DNA of 64,000 nucleotides from the NCBI GenBank assembly GCA_964016885.1, contig OZ024741.1:42098001-42162000 (forward strand). The letters run 5' to 3'. This stretch comes from Eledone cirrhosa. Lineage: Eukaryota. The notes below the pieces were generated by a model, which was not told the origin of the DNA, ran no database searches, and saw only the letters and a list, made by a program, of their open reading frames with translations. Shown one piece after another: positions 26,364-41,500 of the stretch; position 1 is the first letter of the stretch, and the number at the start of each line of letters is the position of its first letter. The translations under genes and the position numbers were made by a program.

Positions 26364-26504
26364 GTAATTGATCAAAAGAACATCTATTTTATTAATACTT
26401 ATATTTTAATATTAATAACTCCAGAAAATTATTTTTACCGTTGAGTGCTTCCAATCTACTGTAAAACTCATTCTTTGACATAATTATTGAATATTGTTTA
26501 ACAA

Positions 26505-26539
<35 letters not shown>

Positions 26540-26637
26540 GAAAAATTTGAACAGGGACAGAACAGAGAGGCAGTACAATAAATGTTTATTAAATTCACGC
26601 TCAGGAGAGTGGGGGGTATATATATATATATACTTAA

Positions 26638-26820
26638 TAGTTGTTTCTACTTTAGGCACAAGGCCAGCAATTACCAGTGCATTACTGGTACTTTATTTTA
26701 TCGACCCCGTAAGGATGAAAGGCAAAGTCAACCTCGGCGGGATTTGAACTCAGATGGTAAAGGGACGTAACTATGCTGGAAAGCATGGCGTCCGACCCTC
26801 TACCGATACTGCCAATCCAC
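26638..26820 (-). mobile_element. SINE family A
   Basis: Match to family A unit. Confidence 0.85.
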
Positions 26821-26931
26821 ACACAGTAATACTTCAGGTAAGTAGCTTATTTTATGTCAGATCAGATATTTTTAATGCCGATAATTGATCTCATGTCTGG
26901 TTGGCATTAGCCATCCTTCTCTCTCTCTCTC

Positions 26932-27310
<379 letters not shown>

Positions 27311-27752
27311 GGAGAGAGAGAAAGAGTTTGCATTGTTCACCAGGGAGACCACTAATTATGGGAGTACTCAACGCATGGGGAGATGCATAGTGGGTATAGA
27401 GGTATGTAAACTTCTGACCACTGCACCAAGCGGTTTAGGCTTGTGTGCTCAGCAAGCCTTTGCAAGGGTGTAGACTATGTACTTGAAAAGGCTTTCTAAA
27501 CTTACAAACCAAAACTGCTTGGTGGCACGGTCAGGATTTTACACCCACACAAACACTTATATATACATACATATAGATATCATGGTGATAATATCAGAGA
27601 TAGATGCTATCTTTCTTGCATCAGACTGCCAGTATAATGAGAGAGAGCCCTGTAATAGTTCTGTCTATATTTGATTCCCATCACTCTTCATGTCCTATTC
27701 TCCTCACCTCTCATTACTTCACTCCTTTTATCACACATTATTAACACTCATT

Positions 27753-28125
27753 CAAGGGCACTGCATTGGCAGTATTGGTAGAGGGTCGGACGCCATGCTT
27801 TGCAGCGTAGATTTACAGCCCTTTATGATCTGAGTTCAAGTCCCGCCGAGGTTAATTCCGCCTTTCATCCTTACGGGCTCGATAAAATAAAGTACCAGTT
27901 GCGCACTGGGGTCGATTAAATCGACTTTCCCGTCCCCCAAAATTGCTGGCCTTGTGCCTATATAAGAAACCATTATTAACACTCATTCTATCTCTTACTC
28001 TTTCTTTTGCATTATTCTTACTTCCCTATGGGTCAATAAAGTAAGCACCAGTAATGTACTGTGGTCGATTTAATTGACTTTCCCCTACCCCTAAATTGCT
28101 GGCCTTATGCCTATAGTAGAAATCA
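27753..28125 (+). mobile_element. SINE family A long variant plus tandem partial copy
   Basis: Family A unit with extra ggggtcgattaaatcgactttccc segment; 3' part repeated at 28020-28125. Confidence 0.8.
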
Positions 28126-28532
28126 TTATTCTTCCTTCCTCATGCAGCCATCATATATTTGTCTATCGTTGTGTTACTTACTCTTTCATTAATGTATCTT
28201 CTAATCACTCTCTCCTACAATACTAGTTTTTTTCTATCACTTCTACTGGTTCGCTCCTATTACTCTCTCATCTGTCAACTTCTCGGTCATAATGTTTCTT
28301 TTCAACCCAGTCATCAACAACCACCATGTAGCTGTCTGTCATTCTCTTTCATTTGGTCTCTCTTCAATCATACTACAGCACATTCTTATCACACTGGCTT
28401 TATTCAATCATCTTCCTTTTCTCTCATCCAATTGTGTCAAATATCGAAACTATCTGGGTGTAAAACATTGCATTGAAAGGACCTGTAAAACTTATGCCAG
28501 CATTTGAAAATTTGGTCATAAAAAAGATGCTG

Positions 28533-28576
<44 letters not shown>

Positions 28577-28585
28577 CACATCGCC

Positions 28586-28672
28586 ATTCTGAAGAGCAGA
28601 TCAATATTAGAGTTGGATCTATAACTTCTATGGGTGACACTGAGCCAATCCTCTGTGAAACACTCGTAACAG
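28586..28672 (+). ncRNA. Degenerate hammerhead-like motif with long stem II
   Basis: CTGAAGA-GCAGA...TCTGT-GAAAC-ACTC-GTA; stem I poorly supported. Confidence 0.45.
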
Positions 28673-28817
28673 GTCAATACACAATAAAAAATCTAAATAC
28701 ATGTACTCAAAACTTCATCTTTCTTAATAATACATACACTCTGTCTGTGTATTGAGTGCTTATTTTGGTTCCCCCACCTGTAATTCACTGAATCACCTAC
28801 ACTATATACATATATAT

Positions 28818-28992
28818 AATTGTTTCTACTTTAGGCACAAGGCCAGCAATTACCCAGTGCATTACTGGTACTTTATTTTATCGACCCCGCAAAGATGAAA
28901 GGCAAAGTTAACCTCGGCGGGATTTGAACTTAGATCGTAAAGGGACGTAACTATGCTAGACAGCATGGCGTCAAACCCTCTACCGATACTAT
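28818..28992 (-). mobile_element. SINE family A
   Basis: Match to family A unit. Confidence 0.85.
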
Positions 28993-29174
28993 AAAAATAA
29001 TAAGATGGATGAGGTGTTAAATTTTCATTACATTTATTAAGATGTGATGTATGTTTCACGATTAATTACCTCAAAGTTTATGTGTTGATTGGGCCCAAGA
29101 TTATGTATCGAATGTTCATTTTGGTGAACATACAGTAACTTGACGTTACAATCCCTAAACTATATACATACATG

Positions 29175-29249
<75 letters not shown>

Positions 29250-29309
29250 GCGCGCACATACATATATATAAACACACACACACACATATATATACACACA
29301 CATGCATAG

Positions 29310-29589
29310 CTGAAGCATATAGACAATATGACCCCACACCCTCCCATTGCAAAGTGGTCGTGGAGGTGCCACGGCAAAAAAGCACCCAGCCCACACTGTA
29401 AAGTGGACGTGTAGGCACCACAGAAAAAGCACCCAGCACTCACTGTAAATTAGGTTGGTGTTACGAAGGGCATCCTGTATGAGTAAAACAAGTTCAGCCG
29501 ACTGGACACTGCTCACAAGAGAAGAACCCGTCTAACCCATGCTAGCGTGGAAGAACGGACGTAAAACGATGATGATGATGATGATGATG

Positions 29590-29592
<3 letters not shown>
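29310..29592 (+). mobile_element. SINE family B-related 3' part
   Basis: Near reverse complement of 34293-34610; (GAT)n tail. Confidence 0.75.
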
Positions 29593-29634
<42 letters not shown>

Positions 29635-29980
29635 GAAAAGTATAGAAATTGTTGTAGCGAGAAGCTAACAGTATCAAAAACATTCCGAAAGAAAACTCTA
29701 CAAAAGGAGTTCAGCAAAAAGCAATATCATCGCGGTCTTTTTCCCCAAAAATACCGGGATTAGTCACAAATAATTTAAGCACTCTAGGAAATAAATCCGA
29801 GTATATATATATAAATTAAAAGAATAGAAATTGTTGTAGCGAGAAGCTAACAGTATTCCATAACATATATGCGACTATAGCGTCAAAATGGGAAAATAGT
29901 TAACATATGATATGGGAAAAATAATTCAGACTCAATTCAAAAGGAATCAGGATATAGATTTATTCAACAGAATTTGGATA

Positions 29981-30593
<613 letters not shown>

Positions 30594-30732
30594 TATTAAG
30601 TTGTTAAACAATATTCGATGATTATGTCAAAGAATGAGTTTTACAGTAGATTGGAAGCACTCAACGTAAAAATAATTTTCATGAGTTATTAATATAAGTA
30701 TTAATAAAATAGATGTTCTTTTGATCAATTAC

Positions 30733-30785
30733 ATTTTATTATACATATTTCGGATGTACAACAGTACGTCCTCATCAGACAAAAT
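30733..30785 (-). ncRNA. Minimal hammerhead ribozyme
   Basis: Reverse complement of 26311-26363. Confidence 0.85.
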
Positions 30786-31007
30786 ATAATGATACATGAC
30801 TTACCCTGAGATGTTAAATGGTTATGATTTAATCAAGGTAGTGATTACCCGATAGAAAAATTTTGCTTATATAATATTTGTGTGAGAGTGCGAAAACGTA
30901 ATGAATTCATTAGAGAATGTGTGAGTAAGAAAAAGCGTTGTATACTTAAAGTGTTCTAAAATTTTAAAAAGTGATTTAAAATTTTAGAACACTTTAAGTA
31001 TCATTAT

Positions 31008-31060
31008 ATTTTGTCTGATGAGGACGTACTGTTGTACATCCGAAATATGTATAATAAAAT
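31008..31060 (+). ncRNA. Minimal hammerhead ribozyme
   Basis: Identical to 26311-26363. Confidence 0.85.
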
Positions 31061-31091
31061 GTAATTGATCAAAAGAACATCTATTTTATTA

Positions 31092-31184
<93 letters not shown>

Positions 31185-31387
31185 TATATAAATGAAAGTA
31201 TAGAAATTAATGTGAGCGTGAAGCCAACAGTATTTCATAATATATAAATATATATATATATATTTGTATTCATTAGTTAAGCAAAACAAGACCGCAGATT
31301 TCACAAGGAAGACATTATTAAAAGATTGTCAACATATTTTAGTTTGATGTAAGGAATGTAGAGAATAATAATAATAATATTAATAAT

Positions 31388-31497
31388 AATTGTTTCTTCT
31401 TTTGGCACAAGGCCAGCAATTATCCCAGTGCATTACTGGTACTTTATTTTATCGACCCCGTAAGGATGAAAGGCAAAGTTAACCTCGGCGGGATTTA
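31388..31497 (-). mobile_element. SINE family A, 5' truncated
   Basis: 3' half of family A unit. Confidence 0.8.
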
Positions 31498-31889
31498 ATA
31501 ATAATAATGTCCGTTTACAATTGTTTCGCTACTCCATATAATATTTCTGGATCAAATGATTATATATCATTATTGATCTGGTTCAGTTGAAAATAATTAA
31601 TAGAGGTAGAAATAGAGCAGCTCATCGGAACTTCAAAAGGAATATAAATTAAAATAAGGAAAGAATATTACATAAATGTAATGTTCCATATGTTGGTATT
31701 TCACTATGGTGTCCTGGGTATATCAATTGTCTGCCATAGTGGAGCAGTATTCTTCTGTCGAGGCTGCATTGTGTGAGATCTGCCTATGTAAGATTGGTTA
31801 CTCTTGAATTGTGTATATATTTGTATATATATATGTCTATATATATTTATTTATATATATATATAAATATATATATATCCAAAATTAAA

Positions 31890-33005
31890 GCATTACATAT
31901 CAACTAGAAATAGATTGACATATATATATATAAAATAAATACATGGAACAATCACAGGGAATAATTTGTAAAGAATGAAAGCACACATAGCTAGGTAGAT
32001 AACTAATTAAAGTTTAACTAGAACTTCAAATATAGATACCTTTGAAAATGATTGTTCCATGTATTTATTTTATATTGTGATTGTTCCATGTATTTATTTT
32101 ATATATATATATGTCAATCTATTTCTAGTTGATATGTAATGCTCGGATCTATTCATTGGAATCTTTGAGCTTATTCTACAGTGGATATGGCGCATGTCTC
32201 TCAGACATGACAACCCTTAATTTAATTTTGGATATATATACAGCCCCATGATTGTTGAGCTAATTCAGTTGAATGGACTCGGCTGCTATTTCTAGCTGTC
32301 GATAATCCTATTCACGCCACTGGGATGACGCTGTGCGATGTGTGTATTTAAAAAAAAATACAACACGTGGTTCGAGTCATTCACAGATTTGCATTTGCTT
32401 TGTAAACGCAGATAGTTATTTTCTTCCCCTTGGGTGACCATCTGTGATTTACTGATTAATTGGTGAAATATATTTCTTACTTAAAGAAATATATACAAAG
32501 GAGATTAATCATTTTAAAGTTCTAATCATTTTGAAGTTCTAGTTAAAATTTAATTAGTTACCTAGCTATGTGTGCTTACATTCTTTACAAATTATTCCCT
32601 GTGATTGTTCCTTGTATTTATTTTCATCATCATTTCATCATTTCATTTTACGTCCGCTTTTTCCCTGCTTGCAAGGGTGGGACGGGAACTGATTCTGGCT
32701 TGATTTCTACAGCTGGATGCCTTTCCTAACACCAACCTTATTTACAGTGAGTGCTGGGTGCTTTTTTGCCGTGGCACCTCCACGACCACTTTGCAGTGGA
32801 ATGATAGGGACCCCAGTCCCTATCATCTCATTTCTACAGCTGAGTAAACTGGAGCAATGTGAAATAAAGTGTCTTGCTCAAGGAAACAACACATCACCCG
32901 GTCTGAGAATTGAACTCACAACCTTTCGATTGCAAGGCCAATGCTCTAACCATTAAGCCATGTGCCTCTATATATATATATGTCAATCTATTTCTAGTTG
33001 ATATA
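31890..33005. mobile_element. Non-coding element with direct and inverted terminal repeats (PLE-like architecture)
   Basis: 31890-32030 is inverted relative to 32077-32143 and to 32530-32625 + 32970-33005, the latter split by a SINE. Confidence 0.5.
32625..32967 (-). mobile_element. Full-length SINE family B
   Basis: tRNA-like head (A/B boxes), ccttgagcaagacacttt core, RTE-type tail. Confidence 0.88.
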
Positions 33006-33074
33006 TAAATATATATATCTATTTGTATTATATATATATGTCTATATATATTTATTTATATATATATAAAAATA

Positions 33075-33416
33075 TACACCCCAACACCACCCTCTATCTG
33101 TAACGTTGGTACCATAACATCCAGTCCAAATAAATGAGATAATGAGATCGAGATCGAGACCGTGTATGTGTCACGACAAAAAAACACACAGTCCACACTG
33201 TAATGTGGCCGTGTAGGTAACATAGTAAAAAGTTCCCAGTTCCACACTGTAAATGTGGTTGGTGTTAGGAAGAACATCCAGCTGTAGAAAATCTGCCAGA
33301 TAGTCCTATACGAGCGAGACACAGTCACCCGACAAACCTTGCCACAAGTGGGACAACTCCCGTCTAACTAATGCTAGCGTGGAAGATAGATGTTAAACGA
33401 AGATGATGATGATGAT
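33075..33416 (+). mobile_element. Isolated 3' UTR of RTE family 1
   Basis: Reverse complement of about 5823-6100 / 53645-53930. Confidence 0.75.
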
Positions 33417-33834
33417 ATATTTGTTTGTAATATGTGTGTGTGTGTGTGTATATACATATATGTACACTGAGATGCACTTACACATATACATATACCCACA
33501 TACATGTCTGAATCAATATTTGAAGTCGTTTAAAAGCATGGAGTGGGTGGGTGGAATCTCAGCTGTTGGAAACAATTAACTATTTTTCCAAGAACAGCCC
33601 AATATTGAATTTATCTTTATTAACATTCCTATATTCCAGCATTCTTTTTAACGAGGATTATTTAAGATATTCTTAAGCTGATTTTAATTATAGTTAATAA
33701 AAAAAAACCAAAAAAAAACCTGAACTGAAATTTAAATGTTTATATTTAATGAAAACATTTTATGAATAGATGACATTAAACCAACTTCAACAATAGCAAC
33801 AATATTGCACAGTAATAATAATTACTAGAATTAA

Positions 33835-35385
<1,551 letters not shown>

Positions 35386-35877
35386 AGTGTCAAACACAAT
35401 ATACGATATACCACATCACGCTATGCCACACCACACCACACCATATCACACCCCACTAATATCACTCCACTACCCCACCAATACTACTCCACCTCATATG
35501 CCAAACCGTATCTCACTGCCTCCTGTTATTTCTACATTACTATCCTTCCCTCTAGCATGTCTTAATTGAAATTTTAATGTTTTATGTTTTTCCTAAATGT
35601 TAATTTGTGTGATGTTGGATGCTTTTAATATTTAACACGGAAAGCAAACAAATTCACAACTGTAAAGATTTTAACAAGTATGGTTTAATTAATCAATTTG
35701 ACGATGATTGCTATGATTATTATTATTTTAGTTGTCTCATTCATTATCTAATGGGCAATGACAATGTTGTAGATGGTAAAGAGTTAAAAGCTGAGTGCTC
35801 CAGGTGATAGCAGCATTCAAAATGGCAATCTTTGGAGAATGATCAGAAATTTAATGTCAAATAACGTATATATATGT

Positions 35878-36100
35878 ATCATCATCATAATCCTCATCAC
35901 CGCTGTTTAATATCCATTTTTAAATGCTAGAATGGGTTAGACGAGTTGTCCAATTGTGAGTTGTGAGATAAGCCAGGTCTGGTGACCATGTCTTGCTCAT
36001 ACCGAACTGATTTTGGCTAAGTTTCTACAGTTGGATGCCCTTCCAAATGCCAACCACATTTACATGTATACTGGGACACCTGCATGACCACCTTACAGTA
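35878..36100 (-). mobile_element. Old SINE family B 3' part
   Basis: tttctacagttggatgcccttcc core and (GAT)n tail. Confidence 0.65.
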
Positions 36101-36119
36101 TGTACTGGGTGCAGTAGAA

Positions 36120-36580
36120 TCAGTTCTTGATTTCATGGATGAGTTTTTCATGTCCCAACTCATGCTCGAACCAACAAGGTGCCATGAAAACGTCTCGGAC
36201 CTAATGTTCAGTAACCACACTGACACTATCCACAATATTGCAGAAAAATTAAAAGAATTAGCACAAACATCAACAAACTTAAATACTGCCAGCAGCAACA
36301 CATCCATTTGACTGCCATTACATCACTAGAATCGATAAAACACAATCCCCAAAATAACAATCAAAGAGCAGCTGAAGAGGCCTGGGACATTGAGAAATTC
36401 AAACTCAATCCCAAAGTGTTCTTTTTTCATTTGCGAAAAAACACAAAGTCAAAGTCACTGGCTTCACTGTCGGCCCTCTAATTGATGAACATTGCATTCT
36501 CCAAGATAATGTTAAAACCATGGGTGAGATACAGCAGAAAAATACTGCTCTGTTTTCAGAAATCCTGATATGGCTGATCT
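36120..36580 (+). pseudogene. CR1/L2-like LINE ORF2 fragment (APE end and tether)
   Basis: SQLMLEPTR..NVSDLMFSN (end of APE), then KLNPKVF and VGPLID...YCSVF across frameshifts. Confidence 0.55.
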
Positions 36581-36758
36581 AGCATGTGTTTATCTCCCCT
36601 TTGGGAAGTGACTGTTTCTGCACATGTGTATTCATACAGTTGTTTTTCCTTTTCCTTACAAACTCATTTAAACCAAGCTGATGATCTGAATAAGGTAAAA
36701 CAATTGTTCTCGGTAATGGTAAACTAACTGTTGTGGAACTACTTCTATATATATATAT

Positions 36759-37135
36759 GGCACATGGCTTAGTGGTTAGAGCATTGGGCTTGCAATCAAA
36801 AGGTTGTGAGTTCAATTCTCAGACCGGGTGATGTGTTGTTTCCTTGAGCAAGACACTTTATTTTACATTGCTCCAGTTTACTCAGCTGTAGAAATGAGAT
36901 GATAGGACTGAGGTCCCTATCATTCCACTGCAAAGTGGTCGTGGAGGTGCCACGGCAAAATAGCACCCAGCCCACACTGTAAAGTGGACATGTAGGCGCC
37001 ATGGAAAAAAGCACCCAGCACTCACTGTAAATGAGGTTGGTGTTAGGAAAGGCATCCAACTGTAGAAATCAAGCCAGAATCAGTTTGCGTCCCACCCTTG
37101 CAAGCAGGGAAAAGCGGACGTAAAATGATGATGAT
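36759..37135 (+). mobile_element. Full-length SINE family B
   Basis: A box TGGCTTAGTGG, B box GTTCAATTC, CORE/V-like body, tail acccttgcaagcagggaaaagcggacgtaaaatgat. Confidence 0.9.
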
Positions 37136-37385
37136 CATATGTATATATATATATAATAAAGATGAAAATGTGAAGTTGAAGATGTTCGAGTCCTTTATTA
37201 ATTGGGCTGTTATATATATTTCAATGACGATAAACATTGTGATCTCTTCAGACAACAAAAATTGATTAAAAGGTAACATTTCTGAGGCAATTTTAGTGGA
37301 AGGGAGCAGACTAAATAGAGTGTTTTTGCTCTGGTTGTCCGCCCCCTTCTGGTTTCAGGTAATCTCGACAGCACTGCGCAGTATG

Positions 37386-37423
<38 letters not shown>

Positions 37424-37472
37424 CACACATACATATATATTTATATACATATATAAATACATACATATATAC

Positions 37473-37755
37473 AAAATCAAAATCAAAATTAAAACAAAAT
37501 TAAAACAAAATTAAAATACATTCCGCAGTTAACACAGGTAATGCAAGAGGATAGTTTGTTAGTCAGATGTAGTAGTTAGTGTATGCGTTAGTTACACGTG
37601 GGGCATGCAAGTGTGTCTCATTTGTATATGATTATTGTGTGGCAGGGTGTTACATCTGACTAACAAACTATCCTCTTGCATTATCTGTGTTAACTGCCGA
37701 ATGTATTTCAATTTTGTTTTAATTTTGTTTTAATTTTAATTTTGATTTTGATTTT
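37473..37755. repeat. ~100-bp inverted repeat (probable PLE pLTR fold-back)
   Basis: 37473-37571 versus 37651-37755. Confidence 0.75.
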
Positions 37756-37888
37756 GAATTTGAATTGCTATACAGAAATAATATAATATAATATATGTCA
37801 CTCCACTGTACATCAATATATATATATATGTATCTGTATGTCTCTTGCGTTGGAAAGGAGGTCAATTATGTGTACAAACATTGAAAAA

Positions 37889-37935
37889 TGCTCCGAAGAC
37901 TCCAAGCCTAGGTTTGGATGAAACAATTGTAAGTG
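37889..37935 (+). ncRNA. Minimal hammerhead ribozyme with one core substitution
   Basis: TGCT-CCGAAGA-CTCCAAGC-CTAG-GTTTGGAT-GAAAC-AATT-GTA|AGTG. Confidence 0.65.
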
Positions 37936-38399
37936 AATAAATGCTTTGAACATAGCTTTGATTCTTGTGAATTCTATATAACTGCTCTGTAGAACAACTG
38001 ATGTTATTACATTGAGCTATTTATCTTACTGGTAATAAGGTAGTAATAAATTAGTGACCTTCACTGTTTAGGGTTTAAAATATACATAACTATAAAAAGT
38101 TTTAGTATATACATAACCATAAATAGTATCCTTAATATTACATATATACATACGTTTTATATTGAACCAAGGATAAATATGGGATGAAATCTTTTATCCT
38201 TATTTCGATATTATTTGAAACTACTAATGCTCTGTGAAGTCACATTCATTCAATTTATTGGACTTTACTTTGTGGATTATAAGTTGGATGTATATCCTCT
38301 TTTAATTGCTGATCATACAAACACAATGAGCTTTAAATCCTTTTGTCCTGAACTTGTCAAACATATACATGTATATATAAGTATATATATATATATATA

Positions 38400-38510
38400 G
38401 GGTGGTGTTAGGAAGTGCATCCAGCTGTAGAAATCAAGCCAGAATCAGTTCCCCGTCTAACTCATGCTAGCGTGGAAGAACGGACGTAAAACGGTGATGA
38501 TGATGATGAT
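38400..38510 (+). mobile_element. SINE family B 3' end
   Basis: aggaagtgcatccagctgtagaaa...cggacgtaaaacggtgatgat. Confidence 0.75.
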
Positions 38511-38548
<38 letters not shown>

Positions 38549-41500
38549 TTTACATCCGCTTTTCCCTGCTTGCAAGGGTCGGACGGGTCTTATTCAGCAC
38601 AGCATCTCTCCACTTGTCACGGTCCTTCGTCATCTCCTCGGTGAGTTTCAGTAATCTGAGGTCTGCTCTCACCACCTCCGTCCATGTTTTTCGTGGTCTA
38701 CCTCTACTGCGTCTTCCTTCTACTGGGATTTCTTGGCACTTCTTTACCCAGCGGTCATCCTCCATGCACATCACATATCCATACCATCTCAGTCTTCTCT
38801 CCTGCACACCACAACTTATCCCTCTTATACCCACTTTCTTTCTCAACTAGTCTATGCTTGGTCATTCATGCACATTGACATTGCATATCCAACGGAGAAT
38901 GCTTGCTTCATTTCTCTCCAGCCATCGCATATCCTCTGCAGTGACTGCCCATATCTCACTACCATGCAGCATCGCACATCTCACACAGGCATCATATAAC
39001 CGTCCTTTCGTATGCAGGGAGAAACCCTACTTTGTCAACAGAGGAAGCAGCTCCCTAAACTTCTTCCAACCCGTCCTTATTCTAGATACTATGGCCTAGG
39101 AACCCCCCACCCCCTCCCATGCTAATCTGATCACCTAGGTACCGGAAGCTATCAACCACTTCTGTAGAACCCACCTGCATTGGAAAAATGTGTCTATCAC
39201 TGCGATTACTACTGCCAGCTTTCCCTGTACATCTACTGCATACGTAGTTTTTACTACCTGTTAGTTTGCCTGCTATCCCACTACATCTCTTGTGTACCCA
39301 AGATCTGCATTGCGTACATCTTATGGAATTTATGCCAGTTCCTTTCTTACATATCGAACAAGGCCATTTCTCTGATAGAATCAGAGTATTGTCCTCGTTT
39401 CTACTTATCAACACTTTTGTCTTAGCTAGGTTCACTCTCAGTCCTCTTGATTCCAACTGCTGTTTCCATAGCCAGAATTTATTCTCTAGCTCCTCTACTG
39501 ATTCTGCTATAAGAACCAGATCATCAGCATAGAGAAGTTTCCATGGGCATCCAGTCTTAAACTTCTCTGTTATGGTTTGGAGGACTATAATGAACAAGAG
39601 CGGGCCGAGGACCGAACCCTGATGTACACCTACTTGTATCGGGAATTCCTCACTAAACACCATTCCTACTCTCACTTTACTGACAGCACCCCTACATAGC
39701 TTGCACTGTCCTCACAAGCCATTCCTCTACACCTAGTTTCCTTAGGGACCACCAGATGACATATCGGGATACCCTATTAAAGGCCTTATCTAGGTCAACA
39801 AAAGCTAAGTATAGTGGCTTATTCTTCTCTAAGAACCTCTTGTGTAGTTGCCTCACTAAGAAGAGGGCATCTGTTGTACTTTTCCGAGGCACAAAACCAA
39901 ACTGCATCTCATCTAATTTTACCCTTTCTCTAATCAGTTGCGCTATTATTCTCTCTGCCACTTTCATAACCTGATCCATCAGCTTTATGCCCCTATAATT
40001 TCTCCTCTCCAGACATCCCCTTTACCTTTGTAGCAATTTATGAGAATACTGCTGCACCAGTCTTTGGGTATGACACCACCATATATAGCTTGATTGATGA
40101 TGCGTGCAACCAGTTTAGTGCCTACTTCTCCTGATGCCTTCAACATCTCAGCAACTATCTATGACGGTCCAGCAGCCTTACCATTCTTCATTTCCTTAAT
40201 TGCTTCTTGTACTCTATATTCGTCAATCTCAATAGCGGGTCTACTGGGGGTAATTTCTCTCTCCCCCATTCGTTCTCCACATTCATCAGTCTCTCATAAT
40301 GACATTTCCAGGCCTCCTTTTTTTGATCATTCGTGACACTAAGTACACTGGCATCATTCCGGACACACTTATCTCCAACAACATCCTGATTTGCACTAAC
40401 ACACTGCCTTGCAATGCGGAACACCGTATGTCTCTGATCTTCCCGTCGCAGAACATTGGCAAACCTCCTACTCTCAGTCTCCCTGCGTGCTAAGTACACC
40501 TGATGTCTAGCTTCTCTCTTAGCGGCTGTGTATGCTTCTCTACTCCCACCATTTTTCCAAGCCTTCTATGCCCGTTTTTTGTCTCTAATGTCCCTCTCTA
40601 CCATGCTGTTCCACCACCAGGTCACTCTCTGTCTGGTTGAAGCTCTGCTCCAACCACAAGTTTCTTCAGGAACCTGCAGTAAGTTGTCACGCAAGAAATT
40701 CCAGTTATCATCTATGTCATACAACTCTAAATCGTCTTATTTTTCGTCATACACATCTTGAAGGGCTTTGCTAAATTTATATTTTAATGAAAGGTCTTTT
40801 AGCTTCCAGACTTTTCTTTTCCACACCTTCCTGTATGTCTCATTCTTTCTCTTGCTTACTGAGATATCACTAATGAATAAACTATGCTGTGGGGTACATT
40901 CTTCCCTGGGGTATGCCTTAGTATTTGACACCATCTGTCTGTCTCGCTGTGTAACTAGCAGGAAGTGAATCTGGCTTATGTGCTTGCCTGATTTATAGGT
41001 TATTAGGTGGTTGGTAGGCCTCTGGAAGTTAGTGTTGCAAATGGTTAGTGCATTTGCATCACAAAATTCCAGAAGCCTCACTCCTTCTTCATTTCTTGAG
41101 CAGTAACTGTGCCCACCATGTACCCCAGTGTATCCATCCTGGAGCTCTCCAACATGACTATTGAAGTCCCCTGCAAGCATAATGATGTCTCTGTCCTCTG
41201 TCATTAAGGCTGTTTGTAAAAGTTGCTTGTAAAAGCTGTCTTTCCCTTCTTTACCTAGGCCTGCCTGGGAAGCATAGGCAGAGATGATTGTCAGTAGTCT
41301 CTTGCCTACAACTAATCTAAGCTTAATTATTCTATTACTAACTCTAACTACCTCTATTGTCTTATTGATCCACTTCTCAGCCAGTAATATGCCCACCCCA
41401 CCTAACCCATCATCATTACCCACTCAGAAAAGCTTATAACTACGGTGTTTGCCTGCGATTGGTCTTGCAGAGGCACCACTCCATCTCACCTCTTGCACAC

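Larger units (their letters stand above)
23840..26510 (+). mobile_element. Inverted copy of the same PLE (right arm), lacking GIY-YIG
   Basis: Reverse complement of 23352->19750 with ~1.2-kb deletion near 24945; ORF 24011-25027 nearly identical to the RT in 22402-23304. Confidence 0.92.
30590..31092. mobile_element. Inverted pLTR pair of the 19750-26510 PLE family
   Basis: 30590-30965 is the reverse complement of ~26130-26510; 30975-31092 is a deleted inverted copy. Confidence 0.85.

Noticed and set aside
36084-36311. Host gene exon
   Set aside because: Motifs fit a degraded LINE endonuclease fragment fused to SINE sequence
36759-36830. tRNA gene
   Set aside because: A and B boxes present but no acceptor stem pairing; continues into SINE body found in many copies
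37225-37255. Additional hammerhead (minus CTGAAGA-GAT...ATC)
   Set aside because: GAAA box and stem III absent
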